Source of the DNA: Candidatus Sericytochromatia bacterium
GTDB lineage: Bacteria; Cyanobacteriota; Sericytochromatia; S15B-MN24; JAQBPE01
Reading direction: 5' to 3'
Assembly: GCA_035285325.1 (NCBI GenBank)
Contig: JAYKJB010000021.1
Location: forward strand, 18,549-82,548
Length of the DNA stretch: 64,000 nt
Of this stretch, positions 17,264-26,153 are shown piece by piece; the stretch's first letter is position 1; every line of letters starts with the position of its first letter. The position numbers were made by a program, and so were the translations under genes. The notes below the pieces were generated by a model. That model was not told the origin of the DNA and made no database searches. It saw only the letters and a program-made list of their open reading frames with translations.

Positions 17264-19012
17264 ATGAACCGATTTTCCGCCCTGGACCGTCCTCAAATCC
17301 TTAACAGGCTCTCCCGTGAGACCTTCGACCTCGTGGTGGTGGGGGGCGGGATCGTGGGCGCCGCTGCCGCTTGGGACGCGGCTCAACGCGGCCTGCGGGT
17401 CGCGCTGGTCGAGAAGGCGGATTTCGCGAATGGCGCGAGCTCCAAGTCTTCCAAATTGCTGCACGGCGGCCTGAGATACCTGGAAATGGGCGATATTCGC
17501 CTGGTCTACGAATCTCTGGCCCAGCGCAATCGCCTCTTCCTGGATGCCGCCCACGTGGCGAAGCCCCTGGACTTCCTGTTGCCGATTCTCTCCGGCGGGG
17601 TCGATCGCGGTTGGCTCATGCGAGCAGGGCTCACCCTCTATGATCTCCTCTCTCACGTCACGTATCTGAGAGGTCCCTGGCATCGTCGACTGTCTGCGAC
17701 CGAGGCCCAAACAGCTGAACCGGCGCTGAAGAACCCACGTCTGACCGAAGTGTATCGTTATCTGGACGGCCTGACGGAGGATGCCCGACTGGTGATCGAG
17801 ACGTTGAAGTCAGCCGTCGCCGAAGGCGCCGTATGCCTCAACTACGTCGCGCTGTCGGGATTCTGCAAGGACGAATCGGGCCAAGTGAATGGAATCGAAG
17901 TGCGGGACACCTGGCCTGGTGGCCAGGAAAGCTTGACCGTACGCGCGCATCAGGTGCTGCTGGCCGTGGGCCCTTGGTTGGACACCGCGCTAAAACTGGA
18001 TGACCCGCGCTGCGAACCCCGGTTGCGGCCCACCAAGGGAGTCCACCTGCTGATCCCCGCACAGCTCAGCCGCCACGCCGTGTTGATGAGGTCGGTCGAC
18101 CCCGCCGAGAGGAAAAAGCGACTGCTGTTCGCCATTCCCTGGGAGGGCTGCACCTTGCTGGGCACGACGGACACGGATCCGGTCACGCCGACGGACGAAC
18201 GTTACCTCGACGACGATTGCGACGCCACGCCAGCCGAAGTGGCGTACATCCTGGCCGCGACCAACGCGACTTTCGGCAGCCACTTGACGGCGAACGACGT
18301 GATCGCCTCCTTCGCCGGTTGGCGTCCCCTGATCGCCCCATCCCGGCAAGGCTTGTCTGCCTCGGCGGTGTCGCGTGAACACGAGGTGATCGAGACATCA
18401 TCCGGCCTGTTGGCGATCGCCGGGGGCAAATTGACCTCGTTCCGGACAATGGCGCGCCAGAGCATCGACCGGGTTTTCGCGAAGCGACCGACTCCTTCGT
18501 TGACATGGATGCCCAGCCGAATCGAATCACAGGCCATCTCAGGCAGTGACCTCGGGGCGCACAGCTTGGACGCCTGGGTCGATCAGGCCGCCGCAGATCC
18601 TCCGCCCGGCCTTGACCCTTCGGCGGTGCGCTGCCTGGCCCGTCGCTACGGTTCCAACTGGCCCGCCCTGCGCGCCCTTGTGCTGGAGACTCCCAGCCTG
18701 GCGAAGCCGCTGAGCGGCTTGCCGGACAGCCATCCGCACTGGTGCGTGGAAGTGGCCTACGCCGTACGTCACGAGTGTGCCGCGCGGCCGGAGGATTTCT
18801 TGCAGCGACGCACGCGACTTTTTCTGACCGATCCCGCGCAAGGCCTGGGGGCTGTCGAGGAGGTGGCGGGATTGATGGGCGAGATGTTGGGCGATCGCCT
18901 TGGCTGGCCCCCGGCAGAGCGCCTCAGCTGGGTCAGCCAGGCTTCCGGACGGTACGTGGAGATGGTCACACAGAGCCGTCAGCGGCGACGCGGGGAGGGC
19001 CCGAATGGTTAA
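17264..19012 (+). CDS. glpD: FAD-dependent glycerol-3-phosphate dehydrogenase
   Basis: 'DLVVVGGGIVGAAAAWDAAQRGLRVALVEKADFANGASSKSSKLLHGGLRYLE' is the classic GlpD N-terminus. The ATG is at 17264, and the track ORF starts upstream at 17162. Confidence 0.9.
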   Translation: MNRFSALDRPQILNRLSRETFDLVVVGGGIVGAAAAWDAAQRGLRVALVEKADFANGASSKSSKLLHGGLRYLEMGDIRLVYESLAQRNRLFLDAAHVAKPLDFLLPILSGGVDRGWLMRAGLTLYDLLSHVTYLRGPWHRRLSATEAQTAEPALKNPRLTEVYRYLDGLTEDARLVIETLKSAVAEGAVCLNYVALSGFCKDESGQVNGIEVRDTWPGGQESLTVRAHQVLLAVGPWLDTALKLDDPRCEPRLRPTKGVHLLIPAQLSRHAVLMRSVDPAERKKRLLFAIPWEGCTLLGTTDTDPVTPTDERYLDDDCDATPAEVAYILAATNATFGSHLTANDVIASFAGWRPLIAPSRQGLSASAVSREHEVIETSSGLLAIAGGKLTSFRTMARQSIDRVFAKRPTPSLTWMPSRIESQAISGSDLGAHSLDAWVDQAAADPPPGLDPSAVRCLARRYGSNWPALRALVLETPSLAKPLSGLPDSHPHWCVEVAYAVRHECAARPEDFLQRRTRLFLTDPAQGLGAVEEVAGLMGEMLGDRLGWPPAERLSWVSQASGRYVEMVTQSRQRRRGEGPNG

Positions 19013-19346
19013 GGCGGCCCCAAGTCTGGGCTAAGGTTTCGCTTCCTCCGCAAGCGTCCTCACGCCAGCTGGGATAGACCTTTGTCACCATGTCGCCAGA
19101 GGCCCGGACTGCCGCCCGCCGGTCAGTGTGAGGGCCCCCACTCAGAGGCAAACCTGTGAGTCACCACGCCCCGCAGCAGCAGTTTCCTCATCTGTTTGCC
19201 TCCGGCGACGGGGCCAGGCCAGCAGGGCCACTGGGCTCCGACGGCATGCGCCTCTTGCAGTGGTGCATGCGACGGGCCTCTCAGCGGATCCGGCTACCCA
19301 AGGCTTTGCCGGGCAAGCCGATGCCCCGTCGCTGAAGTCAGGTCCG

Positions 19347-20102
19347 TCAGGGCAGCCCGCTGCTGTCGACCAACCTGTCCACGGCGGTGATGGGGCCGTA
19401 GGTGGCCGCATTCCTGGGTTCCCAAGATGGCCCGCCCTGACGTTTGAGTTGAAACGCCAGAACCTGAACCTGCTCTTCCAGGGCGAGCAGACGGTTGGCC
19501 ATGTCGCGGATGGCCCTGACTTCAGGATCGGCATGAAGGTCGGCCTGCGGCATCAAACGACACGGTGGTCCGAGGGCCACGGCCGCGTCCGGCACATCCC
19601 GCGTCACCACGGCACCAACTTGCAACACCGCGTCGTTCCCGACAAACACGTCACCGGCCACCAGGACGCCTGCTTCGAGTCGCACGCGGTTCCCGATCGA
19701 AGGGTGACCGCGACCAGGCAGTAGCGCTGCATCCGAACGGGCAAGCTCCAGGGGCGTCAAGCCCCCCGAGGTGAGCACGACCCCCGCGTGCAGCACGCAA
19801 TCGTCCCCGAGCATGGCCAACTCTCCCACCACGATGCCGGATCCCAGCAACAGGCAGCGACGCCCCACTCGTGCGGCGGGGTGAATCTCGACGCCGGTTC
19901 GCATCCGCGCGCGATGGGCCAGGCCACGCGCGAGACCGCGGAGATCATTTTGCCAGAGCCAATGGGCCACCCGATGCCAAAGCAGCGCTCGGCAACCTGC
20001 CTCTCCCCAGAGGCAGGCCGCAGGGGTGCGACCCTGGCGTGCCCCGTGAGCGGCCGCCGTCTCCCACAAATCCTGCCAGATCGGCAACCAGCGGCTTGTC
20101 AC
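19347..20102 (-). CDS. cysE: Serine O-acetyltransferase (hexapeptide-repeat family) with C-terminal coiled-coil extension
   Basis: The CysE N-terminal helical domain 'LLWHRVAHWLWQNDLRGLARGLAHRARMRTGVEIHPAARVGRRC' is followed by left-handed beta-helix hexapeptide repeats 'GDDCVLHAGVVLTSGG…IGNRVRLEAGVLVAGDVFVGNDAVLQVGAVV'. Confidence 0.8.
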   Translation of the reverse strand: MTSRWLPIWQDLWETAAAHGARQGRTPAACLWGEAGCRALLWHRVAHWLWQNDLRGLARGLAHRARMRTGVEIHPAARVGRRCLLLGSGIVVGELAMLGDDCVLHAGVVLTSGGLTPLELARSDAALLPGRGHPSIGNRVRLEAGVLVAGDVFVGNDAVLQVGAVVTRDVPDAAVALGPPCRLMPQADLHADPEVRAIRDMANRLLALEEQVQVLAFQLKRQGGPSWEPRNAATYGPITAVDRLVDSSGLP

Positions 20103-20677
20103 GAAGCGGTCAGACCCGGGTCTGGTTCGCCAGGGCCGACCGGTTCACCGAACATGGGGCGCACTTCGACCGTTCCCGAACGCAAGTCGAAAACTTCCAT
20201 CCAATCGAGCGGACCCGCATAAAAATGCAACGAGACGGCGGGCTCATTCAGGTGCGCCGGATTGGACAGGCGATGGGTACTGCCGACTCGGTCCAACAGC
20301 CGCGTCCCGGAGGTCGCATACACAAGCGTGGTGGCCTCGAGTTCCGCCCGGCCAGGCTCCCCGGCGGAGTCGAGTCGCCGGAAGCCTGTACACGCCAGGA
20401 TCCCCTCATGGACGCACACGACCCCAAACGAGCGGCCGTGGTTGTGAACCGGCGTGCCCTGTCCTGGCATCCAGCACAGACAGATGACCTCGACGGCCTC
20501 GTCCCGATAGATGACATGGCGCGCGTAATTTTCAGTGGAGAACTGGATGTGCGGATCCAGCAGGGTCGCGTCGACGCGGAGCCGACAGACCATATCGAAG
20601 AGACGATCCTCCGTCAGCCCCTCGGCGCCAAGCTGCTGGACCTCGGTGATGAAATCAGACCATTCGAGCGAAGCCAT
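20099..20677 (-). CDS. Cupin-fold cysteine dioxygenase type I-like protein
   Basis: The 'PVHNHGRSFGVVCVHEG' His triad (HxH…H) pattern matches bacterial CDO/3-mercaptopropionate dioxygenases. Its 4-nt ATGA overlap with cysE indicates an operon. Confidence 0.6.
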   Translation of the reverse strand: MASLEWSDFITEVQQLGAEGLTEDRLFDMVCRLRVDATLLDPHIQFSTENYARHVIYRDEAVEVICLCWMPGQGTPVHNHGRSFGVVCVHEGILACTGFRRLDSAGEPGRAELEATTLVYATSGTRLLDRVGSTHRLSNPAHLNEPAVSLHFYAGPLDWMEVFDLRSGTVEVRPMFGEPVGPGEPDPGLTAS

Positions 20678-20795
20678 GCCACTCCTCCTGCAGGAGCCCG
20701 ATCGTAGGGGCAGCCCGCAAGCGTGTCAAACACATTCAGGCACGTGAAAACGATATACTGTCCAGGTCAGGAGGCGAGTTTCTCTGTCCGAATCC

Positions 20796-21230
20796 ATGTC
20801 CAATCAACTCCCGCCGCGCACCCTGCTGGGACAGTTCCTCCAGGAACTGGCTCAACAAGGTTTGACGTCGCGCCAGGTGGAATCACACCTGATCTTCCTG
20901 CGTCTTTGGCAAGCCCACGTCAGGCCTGCGCGCCTGCTCGAGGCTTCCCCGGATTTGCTGGCGTCCTTCGTCGATCGCCTGAAGCGCACCCAGGCGCGTC
21001 GTGCAGAGATTCGCTTCGCGGAGGAAGCCATCGAGAACTTTTACGCCTTCGCGCTCGACCGCCAACCCCGATTTCCGGCCCGCGACGCCTGGGAAAAGAG
21101 GTTTCTGACTCCGCCCACCCGCCGGGTGGCCCCGATCTGGGAAGCGTTGGCTGACCGGTTTGCTCCCGCATTGCGGCGCGTCTCACCTGAATGGGTGGTG
21201 TGGCCCGCTCCACCCGAGGGCGAGCCGTGA
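20796..21230 (+). CDS. Hypothetical protein resembling a stand-alone tyrosine-recombinase N-terminal SAM-like/core-binding domain
   Basis: 'QFLQELAQQGLTSRQVESHLIFLRLWQAHV…SPDLLASFVDRLKRTQARRAEIRFAEEAIENFYAFALDRQ' fits the helical core-binding domain pattern. No catalytic R-H-R-Y domain follows. Weak. Confidence 0.4.
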   Translation: MSNQLPPRTLLGQFLQELAQQGLTSRQVESHLIFLRLWQAHVRPARLLEASPDLLASFVDRLKRTQARRAEIRFAEEAIENFYAFALDRQPRFPARDAWEKRFLTPPTRRVAPIWEALADRFAPALRRVSPEWVVWPAPPEGEP

Positions 21231-23077
21231 TCCAAACGCGTCATCCGCTGCTGGCGATTCGGCCGGTCGACCGGCGGGTTCTGGCTCGCCACCTGGTCAA
21301 ACGGGCCGAACAGTTACGTGAAGAGGAGTTGCGGCACCTGCGCCTGCGGGGGCGCCGGGCAGGCCTGTGGCTGCTGCTTTGCGCCCTTGTCATCGGGGCG
21401 CTTTGGCAGTTAGGCCCCTGGCCACTCGGGGTGGCCTTCCAAGGTTGGCTGGCCAGTTGCACGGGGCTGGCCTTGGTTCAGGCATTGGGGGCGCGGCTCC
21501 GGCCGTCCCGTCGACGCCGCCTGCCGGCTTGGCTGGGGAAATTTTTGGGCCTCGGTCAAGACCTTCAGCGGGCGCTCCGCTTTTGGCGAGGGCTACGCCC
21601 CGTCCCGGCATCCCGTTTCATACTGGCCGCGGGCCTGCTCCTGTCCGCGCGCCCGCAACTCTCCTCGACCCTGGTGAGCCGCCTGCTGGGCAGGACCGTG
21701 GGGCCAACGGCAGCGCTCGACGCCCTGGGATGGTTGGTGACAGCGGGTTATCTCGAGCGTGTCTTGGGTACCCCCAGGGTCTTGACACTGAGTGACGAAG
21801 GCCGGCGGCTGTTGCAGGCCCTGGGAGTCAGCCCCTATACAGCGCCGCCCTCACTGGACGTGGCGATTCCGTTGCACCTTCTCCCGATGATGCTGGCCAG
21901 TGGGGAAGCCGCAGCCGAAGTCGAGCCGCCCGAGGAGACCTTGCCTCCGAGCAGCCCGCTGGCAGAGGTCCCAGCCAGCGACCTGGCGCCGGCCGTACCC
22001 ACCGGACGGCCGGCCGTCGCGGCTCAGCGCTCTTGGCGCTGGCACCTGCTATGGTTGCTACCGCTGGCCTTGGCATTCGGCGCCGTGCTGGCGTTGGCGC
22101 TCCCGGCATGGCTGATGCAACTTTCCCCATCGCGACCTCAGCCTGGACTGACCCTCACCCTCCATCACCTGCCCCACAGCCGTGGCACCGTGATCCAGAT
22201 GAGCCACGATCAGCGCCTGCTTTCACGTTTTGCCGGGGACCTGTTCCAGAGTGTGCCGGAACGCTTGGATTACAAGAAACCGCTCAGTTTCAGCGGTTTC
22301 GACATGGCCGCCGACTGTAGCCTGGTCGACCATCGCATCGCCAGGGCTCAAATGTCGCCGATGGGGCGCTTCTTGTGGGTAGAATCCGACAGGCCTCCTG
22401 GTGTCAGCCCCCCGGAGCGTTGCCTGGTCGACCTGGAAACCCGCACGGTGGCGCACGACCTGGGCCGTCGGTTCAAGTCACTGGGAGCGGGAACGGTGGT
22501 GGGCTGGGTCGGGCCTCAGGCGCTGCTGGTCGAACCAGTCGTGAATACGAAGGGTGCTCCCACGTGGGAGGTGGTGGATCCCCTCACGGGTCGCAGTCTT
22601 CCAGTGGCAGTGCCATTCCATCAGTGGTTGCTGCCTCTGCACACGGAAGCGGGATTCACTTGGCTGGCCGGACTGGACAAGAATTCGCCTGACCGCTGGA
22701 CCCTCTCCACCTACTGGTGGAACGGGGTCGATGCTTACCAACCCGTCCGCCCCCCTGCGCCCCTGAACGGCACGTTTCCTGAGGGTCTGGTTCCCCGTCG
22801 AGGTGCCGTATCCCCCGACAAGGGCACCTTGCTGCTGTCTTGGGGCTCGCCCAAAGGCGTCACCGCAGGCAAGCTAGCTCTGGTGACGCTGGCAGACGCC
22901 CGCGTTCACGGGGTACATAGTTCCGCACCGGTTCTGGCGGATGCTCCCCTGTTCTGGGGCACGACCTCCGCGCAAGGTGTCCTGCGCTTCTACTACAACG
23001 TTCGCCGGGACCACGGCGTCGAACCTTGGTCGGGGGAAATTATGCCCCCGCAATCTCAACGACGCGCGGCGAGCTAG
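21191..23077 (+). CDS. Hypothetical polytopic membrane protein with cytoplasmic winged-helix-like segment and large extracytoplasmic C-terminal domain
   Basis: There are two hydrophobic TM stretches ('LWLLLCALVIGALWQLG…' and 'WHLLWLLPLALAFGAVLALALPAWL'). A MarR/PadR-like segment 'LVSRLLGRTVGPTAALDALGWLVTAGYLERV' lies between them, followed by a C-terminal domain of about 330 aa. The real start may be downstream of 21230. Confidence 0.55.
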   Translation: MGGVARSTRGRAVIQTRHPLLAIRPVDRRVLARHLVKRAEQLREEELRHLRLRGRRAGLWLLLCALVIGALWQLGPWPLGVAFQGWLASCTGLALVQALGARLRPSRRRRLPAWLGKFLGLGQDLQRALRFWRGLRPVPASRFILAAGLLLSARPQLSSTLVSRLLGRTVGPTAALDALGWLVTAGYLERVLGTPRVLTLSDEGRRLLQALGVSPYTAPPSLDVAIPLHLLPMMLASGEAAAEVEPPEETLPPSSPLAEVPASDLAPAVPTGRPAVAAQRSWRWHLLWLLPLALAFGAVLALALPAWLMQLSPSRPQPGLTLTLHHLPHSRGTVIQMSHDQRLLSRFAGDLFQSVPERLDYKKPLSFSGFDMAADCSLVDHRIARAQMSPMGRFLWVESDRPPGVSPPERCLVDLETRTVAHDLGRRFKSLGAGTVVGWVGPQALLVEPVVNTKGAPTWEVVDPLTGRSLPVAVPFHQWLLPLHTEAGFTWLAGLDKNSPDRWTLSTYWWNGVDAYQPVRPPAPLNGTFPEGLVPRRGAVSPDKGTLLLSWGSPKGVTAGKLALVTLADARVHGVHSSAPVLADAPLFWGTTSAQGVLRFYYNVRRDHGVEPWSGEIMPPQSQRRAAS

Positions 23078-23331
23078 GCAGGCTCAGCAAGACGCGCAAG
23101 TTGGTAGGTCCACACCCCATTGTCACGCCGGGCGTCCAGCAAGCCCAAACTGGTCATGTAGCTCAGGACGTGAAGCACCTGATCGAGGGGCCTGGCAAGG
23201 AAGCGAGCCAATTCCTCGGCCCGAAATCGGACACTGCGGCATCGCATCAGTGTCTCGAACACCTCTCCAGGCTGAAGCAACCCTGCGCGAATCGCCTCGG
23301 GATGCAAAGCGCGATCGAGCGTTTGTGTCAT
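23074..23331 (-). CDS. Small winged-helix-like protein (hypothetical regulator)
   Basis: An 85-aa product 'MTQTLDRALHPEAIRAG…VLHVLSYMTSLGLLDARRDNGVWTYQLARL' with the look of a wHTH recognition helix plus wing. It is preceded by an AT-rich palindromic element. Confidence 0.5.
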   Translation of the reverse strand: MTQTLDRALHPEAIRAGLLQPGEVFETLMRCRSVRFRAEELARFLARPLDQVLHVLSYMTSLGLLDARRDNGVWTYQLARLAEPA

Positions 23332-23397
23332 CGTTTCACCTCTGCTCGCGTTGTTGTGCCGTAAGTCATAGCGTACCCGCGATGTCTGTGCTTTAAA

Positions 23398-23432
23398 CAC
23401 AAGTTCACAAGTTATTTCGAAACTTTTTCGAA
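23398..23432 (-). promoter_or_regulatory. AT-rich operator-like element: tandem CACAAGTT x2 plus two TTCGAA-centred palindromes (TTTCGAAA and TTCGAA)
   Basis: Sequence 23391-23435 is 'ctttaaacaCAAGTTCACAAGTTaTTTCGAAActttTTCGAAtcc'. It lies in the intergenic region upstream of the small wHTH gene, whose minus-strand start is at 23331. Confidence 0.35.
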
Positions 23433-23491
23433 TCCGTGGCAAGCGTGTTGGGTGCAGGGGCGTTCACCGGGCCCGATTTCAGACCTGCCTC

Positions 23492-24040
23492 CTACAGAAA
23501 CACGCCCGCTTCGATCCCCAGCAAGCCATTGGGCAGGCCAAAGCACGCCAGGTCCCACGTCAGCGCCTCGCCCCAGTGCCCGGTGGCACCAAGAGCGGCG
23601 TGGGGCACGAAAGGCCAGGGGAGGTCCGCACGCGGGGCGGGATAACGCCCGCCTGTCACTCCCAGCTCGACATAGGGACCACTCTGCCCCCCGGGCACCA
23701 GGTAGTACAGCGCACCCGCACTGAAGCGGTAGTGGTCCGCAGGATTCCAATTGAAACCGCTTGGAGCCCAGATGCCCCAACTGGCGCCGAGTTTAAGGGC
23801 CATCGGCTCGGCGGGCAGCAAGTAGCCCAGCGTGAGGCCCCAGCCTTGCGGCGCGGTGGTGACCAGCCCCAGCCGCCACCCCGCAGGAGGGGACAGCGGC
23901 AGCGGAGGCAAGGCCCCTCCTGGTCGTCGGTTGACGACCCAGCGAGGCGTCTCTTCCACCGCCGCGTAAGCGCCTGGCGTCACTCCCACGCCCAACAAGG
24001 CCCACGCCAACCCGGCGCTCAAGCTACGAGCGGCTGTCAT
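23492..24040 (-). CDS. Putative small outer-membrane beta-barrel protein
   Basis: Signal peptide 'LSAGLAWALLGVGVTPGAYAAVEE'. The mature part is about 150 aa of alternating hydrophobic beta-strand-like segments rich in Gly, Trp and Tyr. Confidence 0.45.
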   Translation of the reverse strand: MTAARSLSAGLAWALLGVGVTPGAYAAVEETPRWVVNRRPGGALPPLPLSPPAGWRLGLVTTAPQGWGLTLGYLLPAEPMALKLGASWGIWAPSGFNWNPADHYRFSAGALYYLVPGGQSGPYVELGVTGGRYPAPRADLPWPFVPHAALGATGHWGEALTWDLACFGLPNGLLGIEAGVFL

Positions 24041-24146
24041 GACGGGAATCCTACCACACGCATCAGGCCCCCGGAGCCCTGGGTCGGACGGCCCTGGCTT
24101 GCCCCACGGATGCCTGCAACACGGCTTGAATTGTCATCTTTGGCGT

Positions 24147-24175
24147 TTGACAGGCCGATCCCGCTGGGCTAAGAT
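24147..24175 (+). promoter_or_regulatory. Near-consensus sigma70-type promoter (TTGACA, 17 nt, TAAGAT) upstream of the aminotransferase gene
   Basis: TTGACA at 24147-24152, a 17-nt spacer, and TAAGAT at 24170-24175, about 60 nt upstream of the ATG at 24233. Confidence 0.45.
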
Positions 24176-24232
24176 CGCAAAATGTCTCGGCGGCCAATGG
24201 GGGCCTGCCGCAAAGACGAGCCAGGAGCACCC

Positions 24233-25435
24233 ATGCCACAGCCCATCTCCACCGTGTCGCGCGACCACGATCGTTACGTCGAGTCGGCGCGGTTGCAAGC
24301 ACTTCCTCCCTACATTTTCGCGCAGCTCGATGCTTTGAAAGCCCAAGCGCGGGAACGTGGGGTCGATGTGATCGACCTCGGAATGGGCAACCCCGACCGC
24401 CCCACCCCACCCGCGGTGCTCGAAGCCGCCGGCTTGGCCCTCCAGGACCCTGCGAATCACCGATACCCGACCTTCGACGGGCGCCAGGAATTGCGAACCG
24501 CCATCGCGGCCTGGTACCAGGCTCGCTACGGGGTTGCTTTGGACCCTGAGCGCGAGGTTTTACCGCTCATCGGGTCCAAAGAAGGGTTGGCGCACTTGGC
24601 GCTGGCGTACATCAACCCGGGAGACGTCTCGCTGGTCCCGAGCCCCTCTTATCCCGTGCACACGCGCGGCACCATTCTGGCCGGCGGCCATATCGAAACG
24701 TTGCCTCTCTCGGCAGAGACGGACTGGCAGGTCGACTTCGATGCGATTCCTATGGATGCGGCACGGCGCGCCCGATTGATGTTCTTCAATTACCCGAACA
24801 ACCCCACGGCTGCGACCGCTGAGCGAGGCTTGTTCGAACGGGCCGTCACCTTCGCACGCGACACGGAAACCCTGCTCGTACACGACATGGCCTACGCTGA
24901 GCTGGCCTTTGACGGGTTTCGCCCCACTTCGCTGCTGGAGATTCCGGGCGCACGGGACTATGGGGTCGAGTTCCACACCTTTTCCAAAACCTTTTCGATG
25001 GCGGGCTGGCGCGTGGGATTCGTGGTGGGCAATGCCCGCATGATTCAGGCCCTGCTCAAGGTGAAGAGCAACATGGACTATGGCCTGTTCCCGGTGGTCC
25101 AACACGCAGCCATGGCCGCATTGCGCCTGCCGGCGGGCGAGGTGCAGTCCATCGTCGATATGTATCGAAGCCGCCGCGACATTCTGGTGGACGGCCTGCG
25201 GGGGATCGGCTTCGACGTGAAACGTCCACGGGCCACCATGTACGTCTGGGTGCCCGTTCCGACTGGCTACACCTCGGCCACCTTTGCCTCTCGCCTGATT
25301 GATGAGGCCGGTGTGGTGGTCACCCCGGGCACCGCGTTCGGGGCCTGCGGTGAGGGGTACGTCCGGATGTCGCTGATCGTTCCACCGGAACGTTTACAAG
25401 AGGCCACGGCCCGTCTTGCGGCCGTGAGCTGGTAG
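24233..25435 (+). CDS. PLP-dependent class I/II aminotransferase (AlaC/DapL-like)
   Basis: 'LPPYIFAQLD', 'DVIDLGMGNPD', 'NYPNNPTAATA' and 'FSKTFSMAGWRVGF' (the PLP-lysine region) are hallmarks of class-I aminotransferases. Confidence 0.85.
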   Translation: MPQPISTVSRDHDRYVESARLQALPPYIFAQLDALKAQARERGVDVIDLGMGNPDRPTPPAVLEAAGLALQDPANHRYPTFDGRQELRTAIAAWYQARYGVALDPEREVLPLIGSKEGLAHLALAYINPGDVSLVPSPSYPVHTRGTILAGGHIETLPLSAETDWQVDFDAIPMDAARRARLMFFNYPNNPTAATAERGLFERAVTFARDTETLLVHDMAYAELAFDGFRPTSLLEIPGARDYGVEFHTFSKTFSMAGWRVGFVVGNARMIQALLKVKSNMDYGLFPVVQHAAMAALRLPAGEVQSIVDMYRSRRDILVDGLRGIGFDVKRPRATMYVWVPVPTGYTSATFASRLIDEAGVVVTPGTAFGACGEGYVRMSLIVPPERLQEATARLAAVSW

Positions 25436-25436
25436 G

Positions 25437-26153
25437 GTGCCGCCGGAGCCTGATTCGCGCCGACAGCGCCTGATTCATCTGGAGTCGGTGGATTCAACCA
25501 GCGCCCACTTGAAACGTTTGGCCTTGGGCGAGATCGAGACCGGCACCGCTGTCCTCGCCGATGAGCAGACGGCGGGATATGGGCAGCGCGGACGAAGTTG
25601 GGGCTCTGCCCGCCACGTCGGCATGTATCTTTCGGTGCTGGTCGATTTGCCGGCCCCCCCCACGTTACTTCCTCTGGCTGCAGGGTTGGCGGTCTGCGAG
25701 GCCCTGCGTCACTGGACCCAAGAGGTTCGCCTGAAGTGGGTCAACGACCTGGTGGCGCGTCGGGGAAAGCTGGGAGGGGTCCTGGTCGAGGTGGTGCGGG
25801 GCCGGGCGATTGTGGGCATCGGCGTGAACCTCCACACGCCCGACGTGCCCGGTGGTATCGGACTGGAGGCCTTGCACCCGGATCCCCCCTCAGCCAAACA
25901 GCTGGCAGTAGCGGTTCTCAGCGCGCTGGATGACCGGCTGCTCACCTGGGAAATGTTCGGCACCGAACGGGTGCGAAGTGACTGGTTGGCCGCGTGCGCC
26001 CACCTCGGTCACGAAGTGGAGGTGGAGGGCCTCCGCGGCCGAAGCGAGGGTCTCGGGCCCGCCGGAGAACTGCTGCTTCGGCTCGAAAATGGGCAGCACA
26101 CCGCCGTGATTTCCGGCTCCTTGCGCATGGCGGACGGGACCTATTGTGTTTAG
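25437..26153 (+). CDS. birA: Biotin--[acetyl-CoA-carboxylase] ligase, group I (no N-terminal HTH)
   Basis: 'VDSTSAHL…LADEQTAGYGQRGRSWGSARHVGMYLSVL…KWVNDLVARRGKLGGVLVE' matches the BirA catalytic core (GRGRRGR-type loop and KWPND motif). Confidence 0.85.
   Translation: MPPEPDSRRQRLIHLESVDSTSAHLKRLALGEIETGTAVLADEQTAGYGQRGRSWGSARHVGMYLSVLVDLPAPPTLLPLAAGLAVCEALRHWTQEVRLKWVNDLVARRGKLGGVLVEVVRGRAIVGIGVNLHTPDVPGGIGLEALHPDPPSAKQLAVAVLSALDDRLLTWEMFGTERVRSDWLAACAHLGHEVEVEGLRGRSEGLGPAGELLLRLENGQHTAVISGSLRMADGTYCV

Noticed and set aside
19013-19346. A 330-nt convergent intergenic region between glpD and cysE as a possible sRNA or terminator cluster, including an apparent GTGAGGGCCCCCACTCAG palindrome.
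   Set aside because: On checking, the apparent palindrome is not self-complementary. Only weak, short stems are present. There is not enough evidence to call a feature.
20796-21230. Calling a mobile element or integrase here because of the recombinase N-terminal-like domain.
   Set aside because: No catalytic tyrosine-recombinase domain, att repeats, transposase or composition shift accompanies it. It is kept only as a hypothetical CDS.
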